A model generated the notes under the pieces. It searched no databases and was not told the DNA's origin. It saw only the letters and a program-made list of their open reading frames with translations. Below are positions 1-10,375 of a stretch of 64,000 nt of DNA, piece by piece. The number at the start of each line of letters is the position of its first letter. Within the stretch, counting starts at the first letter, position 1. Source of the DNA: an uncultured archaeon (lineage in GTDB: Archaea > Thermoplasmatota > Penumbrarchaeia > JASLWR01); NCBI GenBank assembly GCA_964342815.1, contig CAYFHS010000001.1, positions 147,849 to 211,848 of the forward strand, in the 5' to 3' direction. A program made the position numbers and the translations under genes.

Positions 1-339
1 TACAACGTCATAATTTGCGAGAACCGCTGCGTTCAGTGTACCGCTGCACATCTCGGTTACCTGTATTCCATTGTTTGTGAGGTGGGTTTTAGGAATCGTC
101 ACGTAGCTGTTTCGGCCGCATGAATTTGTCGCATCCGCTTGATAGATCAGAAATTTAACGTTGCCTCCCCCGCGCTCAACGGAACTTACTGCCCTCCCGG
201 CAGATTTATGATTATCCACGGTAGCTTCTTGAACACCATGGAGCCAACCATTAAGGCTCGGACCCAGCTGGGCAATCAGCATTATGAGCAATATCGATAA
301 TATCAGGCCAAAGGCAAATTTATCTCCCTTTCGCATCAT
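1..339 (-). CDS. N-terminal fragment of a further array paralog (surface protein with GATase-like head), running off the window edge
   Basis: Not in the ORF track. Manual translation gives MMRKGDKFAFGLILSILLIMLIAQLG...VERGGGNVKFLIYQADA...HLTNNGIQVTEMCSGTLNAAVLANYDVV, open to position 1. Signal peptide, Arg-ended linker and a KxLIY...L..YDVV start match the neighbouring heads. Confidence 0.7.
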   Translation of the reverse strand, partial: MMRKGDKFAFGLILSILLIMLIAQLGPSLNGWLHGVQEATVDNHKSAGRAVSSVERGGGNVKFLIYQADATNSCGRNSYVTIPKTHLTNNGIQVTEMCSGTLNAAVLANYDVV

Positions 340-492
340 TTCCTTCCATCTCCAAGTAAAGTCAGGAACGTTTTGACTGACTTGTTGGTAAAGACGAGCT
401 TGCATGGGTCGGCTTTACACAAGGACCTTAAAACAACGTACAACCTGTATTTATAGCTTATCCGAAGATGGTACGAGTAGTTTTCTTCAAGT

Positions 493-3400
493 TTATATGG
501 ATTCAATTACGCCCTGTGTCTGACAGACCGGGCAGGTGACCAGGGACGGTAACTCAGCTATCTCCGCCGTATAGTTATTTCCGCATGAATGACACTGCAT
601 TGTTATCTCGTTTGTCGGGGGAACCGGGCTCCCATCAGGAACCGGCTCTGCGGCAGGGGGTGCCGGTTCAGGGGGTATGAACGTTTCTTCCAGATGAGAA
701 AGATTAGAAAGATATTCATCGAGCTCGGATAAATCATTGGCCTGTGAAAGAACTGCCGGGGGTGCACCGGGCTCTGGAAGCGGTTCATCCCCCGGAAGGA
801 TTGGATCATGTGCCGGTGGAACCTGTGGCTCCCCCTTCATGGGTGACAATTGCTCAGGAGGTGCGGAGAAAATTGTTTCCACGACTCCCGTATCCGGCAA
901 AGCGACAGGCTGAACCGACACATCGGGAGTAGTTATCTGTACCGCTGAAACCGGATTCACCATTGCTTGCTCTCCCGCAGGATCCGGTCCGGGAGGAAGA
1001 GCCATTCTCTCAAGGTTCTGAGGGCCCTGATCGGTTGAGAATGAAGGAAGCGAATAGAGAGCAGGAGCCACAATGTCGGATGCCGGACCTGATTGACCGT
1101 ATTGGGACTGTGGCTGTGGCGGAGCGTACTGAAGACATTGGGGTTGAGGAACCTGATCCGGGACAGCCGTACCGTATTGCCCGATCCCCTGTCCCGGAGG
1201 CAGCATCAAATGTGGGGTAGGGCCTTTTGGCATACCGGCATATGGTGTTTGAAATTGGGGGATGCTCCCGTATCCTTGCTGCAATTGCGGAGCGTACTGA
1301 CCCTGGAGATAGGGATGCTGCATCGGTCCGTACACTTGCTGGCGTACAATAGGTTCAACGGGAAGATTCGTTTCTTTTTCATCCGTTTTCTTTCTTTTCC
1401 TAACTATAAAAAATAGTATTACAATAAAAATTATAAGAAAAATAGTGCCACCAATAATGATGAATAAAAGGGAAGAGTCACCGCTCAATATTCCCAAACT
1501 TTCCTTATCAACGATATCCGGCTCACCGGCGGGGTTCTCGGCGCCGTTAAGAGGATCGGTCCCTTTTTCACGCTCAAGCCCGTCCGAGAAACCGTCCCCG
1601 TCGCTGTCTATCTGATAATCGTCTTTACCTATAACCTCTATCTTTACTTTCTTGCTCTCGTTGTAACCGTGCCCGTCTGAGGCGAACAATGTGATTGTAT
1701 GTTTTCCGGGAACCAGGCGCCCCCTCATGAAAACCTCTGAGCCGATTGAGTGGTTCGCGCTGACATTACTGGACCAGTAATAGCTTAGATTGTCACCGTC
1801 CTCGTCGGAGGATCCAGAGGCATCGAAGATAATTTCGTGGTCGTACCTGAAATATGATCCTTGATGGGGAGTTGAGATTACTGGCTCAGGCTTGGAATTC
1901 ACCCAGACCCGGTATGGTTTTGAGATATTGTAACCCGTAGCCATGATATCATCCGCACGCCACCGTATGTAATTATGGGGACCCCAATCGAACTCCAGTT
2001 CCAATAAGACCTGAGTGGGATTCCCGTTTACCACGTTTCCCGCTTTCTTCCATGGCCCGAAATTTTTTTCGTCGTCCCCCGCCCCTTTTGCAATTGAATA
2101 CTCCACCGTTGACGTGTCCACTCCGCTCCCGTCATCGAAAATCTGAATGAAACATTCAACTTTCTTCTGTGCCGCATAATCGTTCTCATCTGGTGTGAAG
2201 GAGCTAAAATAAACCGGTGAAGTATCTATTTTCAGATTGAATTTATCGGATACGCTAAAAGGATTGCCTACAATATCCGTTCCCCTGAACATGATATAAT
2301 TGTCAAATCCTTCCGTGTAGCTGAACGTAACGGATATCTCAAAACCGTCTTCTCCCGATTCGCCTATATTTTCGGGATCGATGGGCATCCACTGGCCGAA
2401 GTCGGCGGGACCCGACGTTGATATCCTGACTTCAAGGCTGTTTGGGTCGACACCGCTTCCCGTATCACGTACGGTGATCTTTGTGTTTATTGTATTTTCC
2501 GCGTACCATTCTTTCTGCGGGTTTATCTCGCTGTCAAAGCTTACGGGGGTGATATCCACCTTAATGTTTATAGGGGCCGATTCGGAAAATCCGTTTCCCG
2601 ATACATCCTTGGCACGCCATTTTATGTAATTTCCCTCACCTTCCTGGAAGACGTATTTCACAGTTGGAACTATGGTGTTTCCTTCATCCGGCATCATCCG
2701 TGGTATCCAAAGATCGAAGCTCGGTCCTTCTCCGCTTGAGACCGCGTATTCGATGCTAGTGCCGTCAACTCCCGATCCCTGGAAATCGCTTATGTCTATG
2801 GAGCAGTCGATATCAGTATGATTGTGCCATGAGCCGTCCTGGGGAGTATGGTTCGAAAAGACCGGAGGTGATAGGTCAACGAGTATACCGGATTCAGCGG
2901 AATCTCCGATATTTCCCACCTTGTCGATACACCACACATGAATTCCCGCGAATCCCTCTTCCAATTTGTCGATCTTTACCTCGGTTTCATTGGTGAAAGT
3001 CCCATTCATGGTTCCCGAATTATCAATCGCGGAATAATAATATCCAAGCAGCCCCGAGGCGGGGTCCTCCACGGCATCCCAGGTCACGTACATCTCGGCC
3101 TGGTTAGTATTCACCGTCTCCTTGTCCTTGAAACCTCCGGCACGACACTTCAGATCAACCGGATACAGGGGCGGGTCCGCATCGATCTTGACCGGAAAGG
3201 TCAAATTCGTCATGCAAATTCCCAAGCCTGGTATGTTCTCGATAGTGATGAGATATTCCTCTTCAGGATCGGTGATATTTCGGGACGTTATGTTTAGCGT
3301 AATTTCCTCTCGAGAACTCTCGTTGTCCCACCACGTATTTCCGCCAATATCTGAAATCTTAACATCGAAATACTGGTCATCTGGATAAATTCCTGCGGTG

Positions 3401-4737
3401 CCTGCATACCTGACGGTAAGATTTGTCACGGATATTTTTTCCGCTCCTTTGATCCAATTACCCTTTTCGAGTTTCCCCTGTACATTCCCTTTGAACTCCG
3501 GCGTCCCTGCAAGTTCCAGGTCGTTCTCCACTCTGAAGACATAGGGAAAGCGGTCCAGAGAAATCTCCCCGGACCTGGCAGTTGTGTTCACGAAACAATC
3601 GACGAGGTTCTCGTGGGGGAATGTGAAATTGAAGATCACAGAAAAGTTCAACCACCACATATCCACTGAATTATGGGTGACGGTACAGTCGTCAGTTTGA
3701 AGCCAAACATGCCCACCGATATCCTGAAGCTTAAAGAAGTTATTCTCGGTCCAGTTATAACAAAGAGTAGCATTGGTGTTGTTGTAATCCAGGTGAACCT
3801 TTACCTCGGAAACGTCATTCAGTATCTCTCTCGAGGATATGTTCACACTGACGGTATACGGTTTGTATTTGGCATAGCATTCCGGGCTCTCCTCCTCGGC
3901 TCCCCTTATTGCGACATCGTCAGCATCGGGTAGGCTAACTCCAGCTGCCCAGGCAACCGCCTGTTCCATAAGTTGGTCCGGTGCACCGGCGTAATAATCC
4001 GTGAAGCCGTGATTGTAACCCGCACCGCCCATATAGGCCGGTCCCAGATAAACTATTCGCCCCTCGCCGTATTCCGCCACAACGAATTGGGGTCTCCCGT
4101 TGTGGGTTCCCACGATTCTTGCTCCCGGATCGATACCGTTGTTCGGTCCTTCCCCGTTCCCCCCTAAATTAAAGTTGTTCATCCCTGACGTGACGGGATG
4201 CGAATTGTCCGTAATCACGGCGTTTCCCCCTGAATAATAATAGTAACCCCCATTTGCCGATACCGGAACCACCGCATCTATATCCGGACCCGGGTTGGCA
4301 TATACGACGAATCCAGTTGAAACCACTCCCCCACCGTTCCAGACCCAGTTCTTAAGGGCGGCACCGAATAGGTGAAAGTCCCTGGAGTTGCCGCTTCCGG
4401 AACCGCTCTGACCTATCACCACAGCATCGTAGTTTGATAATTTTGCCACGGTGTTGATATCACCCCCCACTACCTGCTGGGCCGTGAAATCGAAATGCGT
4501 ATCGTCGTTTAGTTGGTTTACCACAGCGGGAGCACCGCCGTTGGATGCGGCTGGCTGTTCCACAGCTATTTTTAAACCTCCCCGTGTTCGTTCGTTTATA
4601 CCACTGTCCTTTATGATCTCCACATCTGCTTCTTCGGTGTCTTGAGACCTGTTTACGATACCTGGGTGAAAATGGGTCATGATAATGATTATGGTCAGTA
4701 CAGCAGCCCAGGAAACACTTTTTTCAATACGGTTCAT
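493..4737 (-). CDS. Array paralog 1: single-pass surface protein (GATase-like head, conserved stalk, PKD, TSP3-like Ca motif, TM, Pro-rich tail, zinc ribbon)
   Basis: ORF 493..4794; likely start MNRIEKS at 4737. Head ...NYDAVVIG...KNWVWNGGGVV...GEGRIVYLG...LMEQAVAWA; PKD-like IIFDASGSSDEDGDNLSYYW; DSDGDGFSDGLEREKGTDP; TM then RKRKK; terminal CHSC-x16-CPVC. Confidence 0.85.
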   Translation of the reverse strand: MNRIEKSVSWAAVLTIIIIMTHFHPGIVNRSQDTEEADVEIIKDSGINERTRGGLKIAVEQPAASNGGAPAVVNQLNDDTHFDFTAQQVVGGDINTVAKLSNYDAVVIGQSGSGSGNSRDFHLFGAALKNWVWNGGGVVSTGFVVYANPGPDIDAVVPVSANGGYYYYSGGNAVITDNSHPVTSGMNNFNLGGNGEGPNNGIDPGARIVGTHNGRPQFVVAEYGEGRIVYLGPAYMGGAGYNHGFTDYYAGAPDQLMEQAVAWAAGVSLPDADDVAIRGAEEESPECYAKYKPYTVSVNISSREILNDVSEVKVHLDYNNTNATLCYNWTENNFFKLQDIGGHVWLQTDDCTVTHNSVDMWWLNFSVIFNFTFPHENLVDCFVNTTARSGEISLDRFPYVFRVENDLELAGTPEFKGNVQGKLEKGNWIKGAEKISVTNLTVRYAGTAGIYPDDQYFDVKISDIGGNTWWDNESSREEITLNITSRNITDPEEEYLITIENIPGLGICMTNLTFPVKIDADPPLYPVDLKCRAGGFKDKETVNTNQAEMYVTWDAVEDPASGLLGYYYSAIDNSGTMNGTFTNETEVKIDKLEEGFAGIHVWCIDKVGNIGDSAESGILVDLSPPVFSNHTPQDGSWHNHTDIDCSIDISDFQGSGVDGTSIEYAVSSGEGPSFDLWIPRMMPDEGNTIVPTVKYVFQEGEGNYIKWRAKDVSGNGFSESAPINIKVDITPVSFDSEINPQKEWYAENTINTKITVRDTGSGVDPNSLEVRISTSGPADFGQWMPIDPENIGESGEDGFEISVTFSYTEGFDNYIMFRGTDIVGNPFSVSDKFNLKIDTSPVYFSSFTPDENDYAAQKKVECFIQIFDDGSGVDTSTVEYSIAKGAGDDEKNFGPWKKAGNVVNGNPTQVLLELEFDWGPHNYIRWRADDIMATGYNISKPYRVWVNSKPEPVISTPHQGSYFRYDHEIIFDASGSSDEDGDNLSYYWSSNVSANHSIGSEVFMRGRLVPGKHTITLFASDGHGYNESKKVKIEVIGKDDYQIDSDGDGFSDGLEREKGTDPLNGAENPAGEPDIVDKESLGILSGDSSLLFIIIGGTIFLIIFIVILFFIVRKRKKTDEKETNLPVEPIVRQQVYGPMQHPYLQGQYAPQLQQGYGSIPQFQTPYAGMPKGPTPHLMLPPGQGIGQYGTAVPDQVPQPQCLQYAPPQPQSQYGQSGPASDIVAPALYSLPSFSTDQGPQNLERMALPPGPDPAGEQAMVNPVSAVQITTPDVSVQPVALPDTGVVETIFSAPPEQLSPMKGEPQVPPAHDPILPGDEPLPEPGAPPAVLSQANDLSELDEYLSNLSHLEETFIPPEPAPPAAEPVPDGSPVPPTNEITMQCHSCGNNYTAEIAELPSLVTCPVCQTQGVIESI

Positions 4738-4791
4738 CGAAGCACTCCACAAAAAATGAAGGAATGTTGTCTGTAAAAAACAACGTGCTAA

Positions 4792-4812
4792 CACTATATA
4801 TATATTATCCGA
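4792..4812 (-). promoter_or_regulatory. Putative BRE-TATA promoter of paralog 1
   Basis: Minus strand GGATAATATATATATAGTG about 55 nt upstream of the start; similar motifs precede other paralogs. Confidence 0.5.
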
Positions 4813-4884
4813 ACTTGGTATCCAATACGGCTTAATCCCTACTAAAAAAAATTACCCGCCGAACATTTACACAAGGCCTTATTC

Positions 4885-7800
4885 TCATCCCTGGATCACT
4901 CCCTGCGTCTGGCATACCGGACAGGTGACCAGAGCCGGATATTCTATTATTTCAGCCGTGTAGTTATTGCCGCAAGAATGGCACTGCATCCGCAGGAATC
5001 CCCTTCGGTTATCGCCACCGTTTGGTGGCGGAAGAGAAGGGGAAGCAGTTTCCTGCGTTTCCGAGGATGAAACCAACAGATTCATCTGTTGGTGATTCAT
5101 AGTTATTTGATTCGTCGCCGGAGCCGGACTTTCCACGGGAACCGGCGGTACCACCGGAGGCGCGGACTCCGGTGATTGAGTAATTTTATCCAGATTTGAT
5201 AGATATGAATCGAGCTGTGAAAGATCGGTGGCCTCCGATGGGCTTGCTGGTGGCACAGTGGGCCCTGGCGGTGACGGACTCTGGGGAGTAATTGGTGCAG
5301 TTCCGGGTTCAACCGGGAGTATTTCTCCACTTGGCGTAATGGGATCAGGTGGGGCCGAAAAGGGAGTCTCCATCGCTTCCAAATTCGGCATTAAGGCTGT
5401 TTGAGCGGGCAAACCCTGAGAAGCTACCGGGAAGGAAGTGGAGGGATCGACACTAACCTGGGAGACAGAGGGCGGGGGTCCCGGCGGTAGTGCCATTCTT
5501 TCAAGGTTCTGCATGCCCTGATCGGTGGGGAATGAAGGAAGCGAATATGCTGCGTATGCAGGATCAGCCTGGCCATGGGGAACCAGCGGAGGTGTTTGAC
5601 CAGGCGGGATGGTGCCGAATTGCATCATCCCCGGTCCCGGGGGCAGCATCAGATATTGTCCTTCGGGTCCCTGCATCCCCCTGAAGGGTGCTTGTAATTG
5701 TGTCGGTTCCCCAAATCCCTGATGCCCGGCAGGAATACCCTGGCCTGGAGGATAAGGGGATTCCAAGTACTGCTGCTGCGTCATTGGTGCCTGAATCAGA
5801 GGTGTCGAGTCCAGTTCTGCTTTTTTTCTCTTTTTCCTGACTACAAAAAGGATGATCAAAACCAGCATGATCAGAAGTAAAATGGCCCCAAGAATGATAA
5901 ACAACAGATAAGAATCTCCACCCATAATTCCGCTGCTGTCCTGGATAATAATATCTGGCTCACCGTCCGGGGAATCCGCCCCGTTATTCGGATCGGTACC
6001 TTTTTCTCGCTCCAATCCGTCAGAAAAACCGTCACCGTCGCTATCACGTTCATAGTCTGCTTTTTCTACCACGGTAATCTTCACTTTGTCCGTCTCGTTG
6101 TAACCATGGCCGTCTGAAACGAATACCGTTATGGTGTGTTTTCCAGCGAGTAAATCGGTACTGAAATAAGCTCCGGACCCAATGAACTGGGTGTAACTAT
6201 TATTTGACGACCAGAAAAAGCTTAGATTGTCCCCGTCCTCGTCGCTGGAATCCGATGCATCGAAATCAATTAAACTGTCGTACCTGAAATACGAGCCTTG
6301 TTCGGGGGACGATATTATTATCTCTGGCTTGGAATTCACCCATATCCGGTACTGACTTGACTCATTGTAACCCGTACCCAGCATGTCATCGGCACGCCAC
6401 CGGATGTTATTATCGCCGCCCCATTCGAACTCCACTTCCATAAATATCTGTGTGGGATTACCAGCAACAACATTGACTGCTTTCTTCCAGGGCTTGAAAT
6501 TCTTATTGTCGCCCCCCCCGGTAGAAACGGAATACTCAATTGTTGAGACGTCAACCCCGCTTCCGTCATCGAATATCTGTATGAAACATTCCACATCCCT
6601 GCTATCTGCGTACATGTCCTCGGTGGGTGTGAAGGAGCCATAATAAACCTGCGTAGTGTCGATCTTGAGATTGAATTTATCTGAAAGCGTCATTGGATTA
6701 CCAACCATGTCAGTTCCACGGAACATGATATAGTTGTCCTTGCCCTCTGCGTATGGGAAAGTTACGGTTATTTCGTATTCATTCTCATCGGATTTGTTTA
6801 TATTTTCGGCTTTGATAGGTATCCATTGACCGAAATCATTCGGACCTGACGTGGATATCCGCGCCTGGATGCTCGCCGTGTCCACACCGCTCCCGAAGTC
6901 GCTGACCATGATCTTTGTTTCAATAACTTTTTGAGTGTACCATTCTAACTGCGGTCGTATCTCTCCAGCAAAACTGATCGGGGTGATATCTACCTTGATA
7001 TTAACCGGAGCCGATTCAGAAAAACCGTTTTCCGAAATGTCCTTAGCACGCCATTTGATATAGTTCTCCTCCCCCTCCGGAAATACGTATTTTATATTCG
7101 GGGTCAGTTTGTCTCCGTCTACAGGCACCCACGCAGGTATCCACATATTGAAGCCGTTCACCCCGTTCGCAGAGATCGAATATTCAATGGTGCTTCCGTC
7201 AACCCCGGACCCCTCTCCGTCGTCTATCTCAACCGAGCAGTCGATATCGCTGTGATTGTGCCAGGAGCCGTCCGGGGGCGCAATATTTGAAAATGTAGGT
7301 GGCGTAAGATCCACCAGAATACCTGAAGAAGCGGCTTCACCGATATTTCCCACATTGTCCACACACCATACATGGATGGTGGCATATCCTTCGGGCAGTT
7401 CGTTAACTTCCACCTCTGTAACATTTATGAAAGTCCCGTTATCGGTTCCTGAATTGTCGACGTGTGAATAATAATATCCAAGGAGGCCCGAGTCGGGATC
7501 TTCAACATCGAGCCAGGTGGCGAACATCAGCGGTTGATCCGTATTTTCCGTTTCCTTGTCCTTGAATCCGTCGGCATGGCATACGAGGTTCAATGGGGGA
7601 TGAGGAGGGTCGTTATCCACCTTCAGAGGATAAGTTAAATTCGTTTTGCACGCGCCTGATCCAGGAATGTTCTCGATGGTGATTGAATACCACTCCTGGG
7701 AATCGGTGACGTTCCTCGTTGTGATATTAAGCTGAATTTTATTCCCGCTGCTCTGGTTGCTCCACCACGCGTTTCTTTGCGAATCAGCCACCTTGACATC

Positions 7801-9168
7801 GAAATAGTCATTGTCGGGGTAGATATTCATCGAATCATAATAAACCACCGTTAAATTGGATATTCTTAAGTTCTCGCTCCCTCTTACCCAACCCCCCCGG
7901 TCCAGCTTTCCCTGGTACTGACCGGTGAAATCGGGGGTGCCGACGAAATCCAGGTCCTTCACCACCCTGAACAGATAGGGGAACCGATCCCGATGAAACT
8001 CACCCGTCACCGAGGAAGTGTTCACGAAACAATCAACTGGTTCCCTGTGTGGAAATGTGAAATTGAAACCTACCGTAAAATTGAGCCACCACCTCTTCAC
8101 ACCGTCATTGGTAACCGTGCAATCGTCGAGAAACAGCTGAACGTGACCTTTAACATCCTTGAGTTTGAAGAATTCTTGTCTTGTGAAGTTATAACCCAGC
8201 GTGGCATTTGTTTCGTTGTAATCCAGGTGAACCTTGACTTCAGAAACTTCGTTCAGGTCTTTGGGCGAGGTAACATTGACGGTAAGGCCGTAGGTCTCGT
8301 ACTTGGCATAACAAACGACGTCGTTTCCGCCTCCCCTGCCCTTGACCCTGGTGTTCTCTGCGAATGAAAGCCCACCGTATGGACACATTATTGAGCGGAA
8401 ATCTATGCGAACGGTATACTGTCGGATGAAATTCCTGTTCCTATCGTATACCTTCATTGGCATGCTGGACGAGCCGCCGGCCACCACGTAATAGCGGTCG
8501 CCATCGAAAGCGAAGTTCATACAGGTTGAGCTTATACCACCGTAATTCCAGGTGATGTCATTCGCCCCTATGTTGCCGCCCGTAAAGCGGTTGGTTGACC
8601 ATCCGTACCAGGTATTACCGGAAGCGATCCAAACGGCTCCGTCCGTTACCGAAAAATAATAACTGGAGACCGATCGGGTTATTGATGAACTGGAAACATG
8701 GTTCCCTGTCATGGTCACCTTGTGAATGGTGCTTCCGGACCCGTAATACAGGTAAATTCCATCGGTCCCCACTGCATACCCGGACCCACCATGAGCCAGG
8801 TTATAGGTCGTCTGCTGTCCGTTGGTGGTGGAATAACGGTACAAAGTACTTCCGGTACGAGCATAGACCCACTGGCCGTCGGGAGTCATGCAGGGCATCG
8901 TCTGCGAACCAGGGATGTTCATATTGACAATATTCTGGATATTGCTCCCGTCCTTGTTCAAACGCTTCAGCCAGCCGCTGTTGTAATTGCGCGCGTAGAG
9001 ATAATCGGGACTAAGGGCTGCGCGGGACCCCATATTGTTACTGTCAGGGGATTTTTCCACTTCGGGATTTTCGATTATATTAATTACATCCGCATACTGT
9101 TCCACGAGTATGGAAAATCCGGCAGCAACCATGAAAAGAACCAGTATAACCGTGATTGTTTTCTTCAT
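4885..9168 (-). CDS. Array paralog 2: surface protein with beta-propeller-like head
   Basis: Same stalk, TM and tail as paralog 1. Head is rich in short aromatic beta-strand repeats (TPDGQWVYAR, GTDGIYLYY, AFDGDRYYVV). Confidence 0.85.
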   Translation of the reverse strand: MKKTITVILVLFMVAAGFSILVEQYADVINIIENPEVEKSPDSNNMGSRAALSPDYLYARNYNSGWLKRLNKDGSNIQNIVNMNIPGSQTMPCMTPDGQWVYARTGSTLYRYSTTNGQQTTYNLAHGGSGYAVGTDGIYLYYGSGSTIHKVTMTGNHVSSSSITRSVSSYYFSVTDGAVWIASGNTWYGWSTNRFTGGNIGANDITWNYGGISSTCMNFAFDGDRYYVVAGGSSSMPMKVYDRNRNFIRQYTVRIDFRSIMCPYGGLSFAENTRVKGRGGGNDVVCYAKYETYGLTVNVTSPKDLNEVSEVKVHLDYNETNATLGYNFTRQEFFKLKDVKGHVQLFLDDCTVTNDGVKRWWLNFTVGFNFTFPHREPVDCFVNTSSVTGEFHRDRFPYLFRVVKDLDFVGTPDFTGQYQGKLDRGGWVRGSENLRISNLTVVYYDSMNIYPDNDYFDVKVADSQRNAWWSNQSSGNKIQLNITTRNVTDSQEWYSITIENIPGSGACKTNLTYPLKVDNDPPHPPLNLVCHADGFKDKETENTDQPLMFATWLDVEDPDSGLLGYYYSHVDNSGTDNGTFINVTEVEVNELPEGYATIHVWCVDNVGNIGEAASSGILVDLTPPTFSNIAPPDGSWHNHSDIDCSVEIDDGEGSGVDGSTIEYSISANGVNGFNMWIPAWVPVDGDKLTPNIKYVFPEGEENYIKWRAKDISENGFSESAPVNIKVDITPISFAGEIRPQLEWYTQKVIETKIMVSDFGSGVDTASIQARISTSGPNDFGQWIPIKAENINKSDENEYEITVTFPYAEGKDNYIMFRGTDMVGNPMTLSDKFNLKIDTTQVYYGSFTPTEDMYADSRDVECFIQIFDDGSGVDVSTIEYSVSTGGGDNKNFKPWKKAVNVVAGNPTQIFMEVEFEWGGDNNIRWRADDMLGTGYNESSQYRIWVNSKPEIIISSPEQGSYFRYDSLIDFDASDSSDEDGDNLSFFWSSNNSYTQFIGSGAYFSTDLLAGKHTITVFVSDGHGYNETDKVKITVVEKADYERDSDGDGFSDGLEREKGTDPNNGADSPDGEPDIIIQDSSGIMGGDSYLLFIILGAILLLIMLVLIILFVVRKKRKKAELDSTPLIQAPMTQQQYLESPYPPGQGIPAGHQGFGEPTQLQAPFRGMQGPEGQYLMLPPGPGMMQFGTIPPGQTPPLVPHGQADPAYAAYSLPSFPTDQGMQNLERMALPPGPPPSVSQVSVDPSTSFPVASQGLPAQTALMPNLEAMETPFSAPPDPITPSGEILPVEPGTAPITPQSPSPPGPTVPPASPSEATDLSQLDSYLSNLDKITQSPESAPPVVPPVPVESPAPATNQITMNHQQMNLLVSSSETQETASPSLPPPNGGDNRRGFLRMQCHSCGNNYTAEIIEYPALVTCPVCQTQGVIQG
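4990..5097. repeat. 108-nt in-frame palindromic insertion, copy in paralog 2
   Basis: Absent from paralogs 1, 3 and 4; flanked by ATG on both sides; perfect 10-bp stem ACCAACAGAT/ATCTGTTGGT at 5072-5093. Confidence 0.75.
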
Positions 9169-9477
9169 ACATTCACCGTGATCAGCTCAGTGGGCGGTAA
9201 TATTACCGATGACGGAATTGGATTTAACATTTGGAGATTACTCAGCGGGAAGCAAAAACATAGAGCCTTCCGGTATATATAATATTGGAATGAAATGGAT
9301 GACAAAAAAAAGTTTGTCTGAGGACCGGATGGGAGAATTTAGAAAAAGGTTAAGTAGCAAATTATAGGATTGGAGATAATCCGATTAGAAATTAACAAAA
9401 AATATTTATTATTTATTTAAGGCCCTTCAACCCAAATCAATATAACATATGATACCTATATGTTACTCTGTGATATA

Positions 9478-9777
9478 ATGTCTACGCAAGTTAACATCAG
9501 ATTGGACGACAATTTATTAAGTGAAATAGACGCGATTACAAAGGTTCTTCATGTTTCCCGAACTGAATGGTTAAGGATGAAAATTGCTTTTGCAGTAAAA
9601 GATGATACTTTAAGATTTTCTGAAGCAATTGCAATGGAATATGCAAAAGGACACCTTAGTGATATGGAATTAAGAGAAATGCTGGGTTCCGATGCCGATG
9701 AGGTAATATACATCGTAAAACATATGAAAAGAGGCAAGAATTATATCGAAGATATGGTGGACAAGGGACTTTTATGA
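9478..9777 (+). CDS. Ribbon-helix-helix (CopG-like) putative antitoxin
   Basis: N-terminal QVNIRLDDNLLSEIDAI...SRTEWLR RHH pattern; overlaps the start of the downstream PIN gene by 4 nt (ATGA). Confidence 0.75.
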   Translation: MSTQVNIRLDDNLLSEIDAITKVLHVSRTEWLRMKIAFAVKDDTLRFSEAIAMEYAKGHLSDMELREMLGSDADEVIYIVKHMKRGKNYIEDMVDKGLL

Positions 9778-10241
9778 AACCGTCGCTTGCTTTCGATACT
9801 TCGGCCCTTGTTTCTCTGGGCCATACGGAATTGATAGAATTGATCTTGGATAACTATAATGTCATCATTTCCGATAGGATATTAAAAGAATTGGCTGAGA
9901 TCGGAGGAAAGAACGACAAAGATGCTAAAGCGGCCAATAAATGGTTGGAATACTCCGACAAGATGGAATTGAAAGATGCAAAGAAAAGCATAATTGGTGA
10001 GGAAGAACTATTGGAAATAGCTCAACGCGAAAAATTATCAATGGTGACCGATGACGTAAAAGCAACTAAAAAATTCGAGGATCAAATAGATTGGATATTT
10101 AGTGTCCATGTAGTTTTCCTTCTCTATTATAAAGGTATAATTACAAAAGAAAGAGCAATTTTTTCCATAGAAAAGATGATAAGTGAGAGATCTTGGAAGA
10201 ATAATATTATCTCCTTGACGGCAAAGTTACTTTTTCAATAA
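9774..10241 (+). CDS. PIN-domain (VapC-like) putative toxin
   Basis: FDTSAL N-terminal motif, IGEEE, and VTDD acidic PIN active-site pattern; 155 aa. Confidence 0.8.
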   Translation: MKPSLAFDTSALVSLGHTELIELILDNYNVIISDRILKELAEIGGKNDKDAKAANKWLEYSDKMELKDAKKSIIGEEELLEIAQREKLSMVTDDVKATKKFEDQIDWIFSVHVVFLLYYKGIITKERAIFSIEKMISERSWKNNIISLTAKLLFQ

Positions 10242-10375
10242 ACTATCGTGATATCTGAAGTAAGTTTTTGAAAAATTCATTTTATTTATTACTCACAATG
10301 GGTGCAGCACAGAATAACGCACTTATTCGGTACTCGCCTCAATGATATAATGGACAAATCCACCGAGAATCACTT

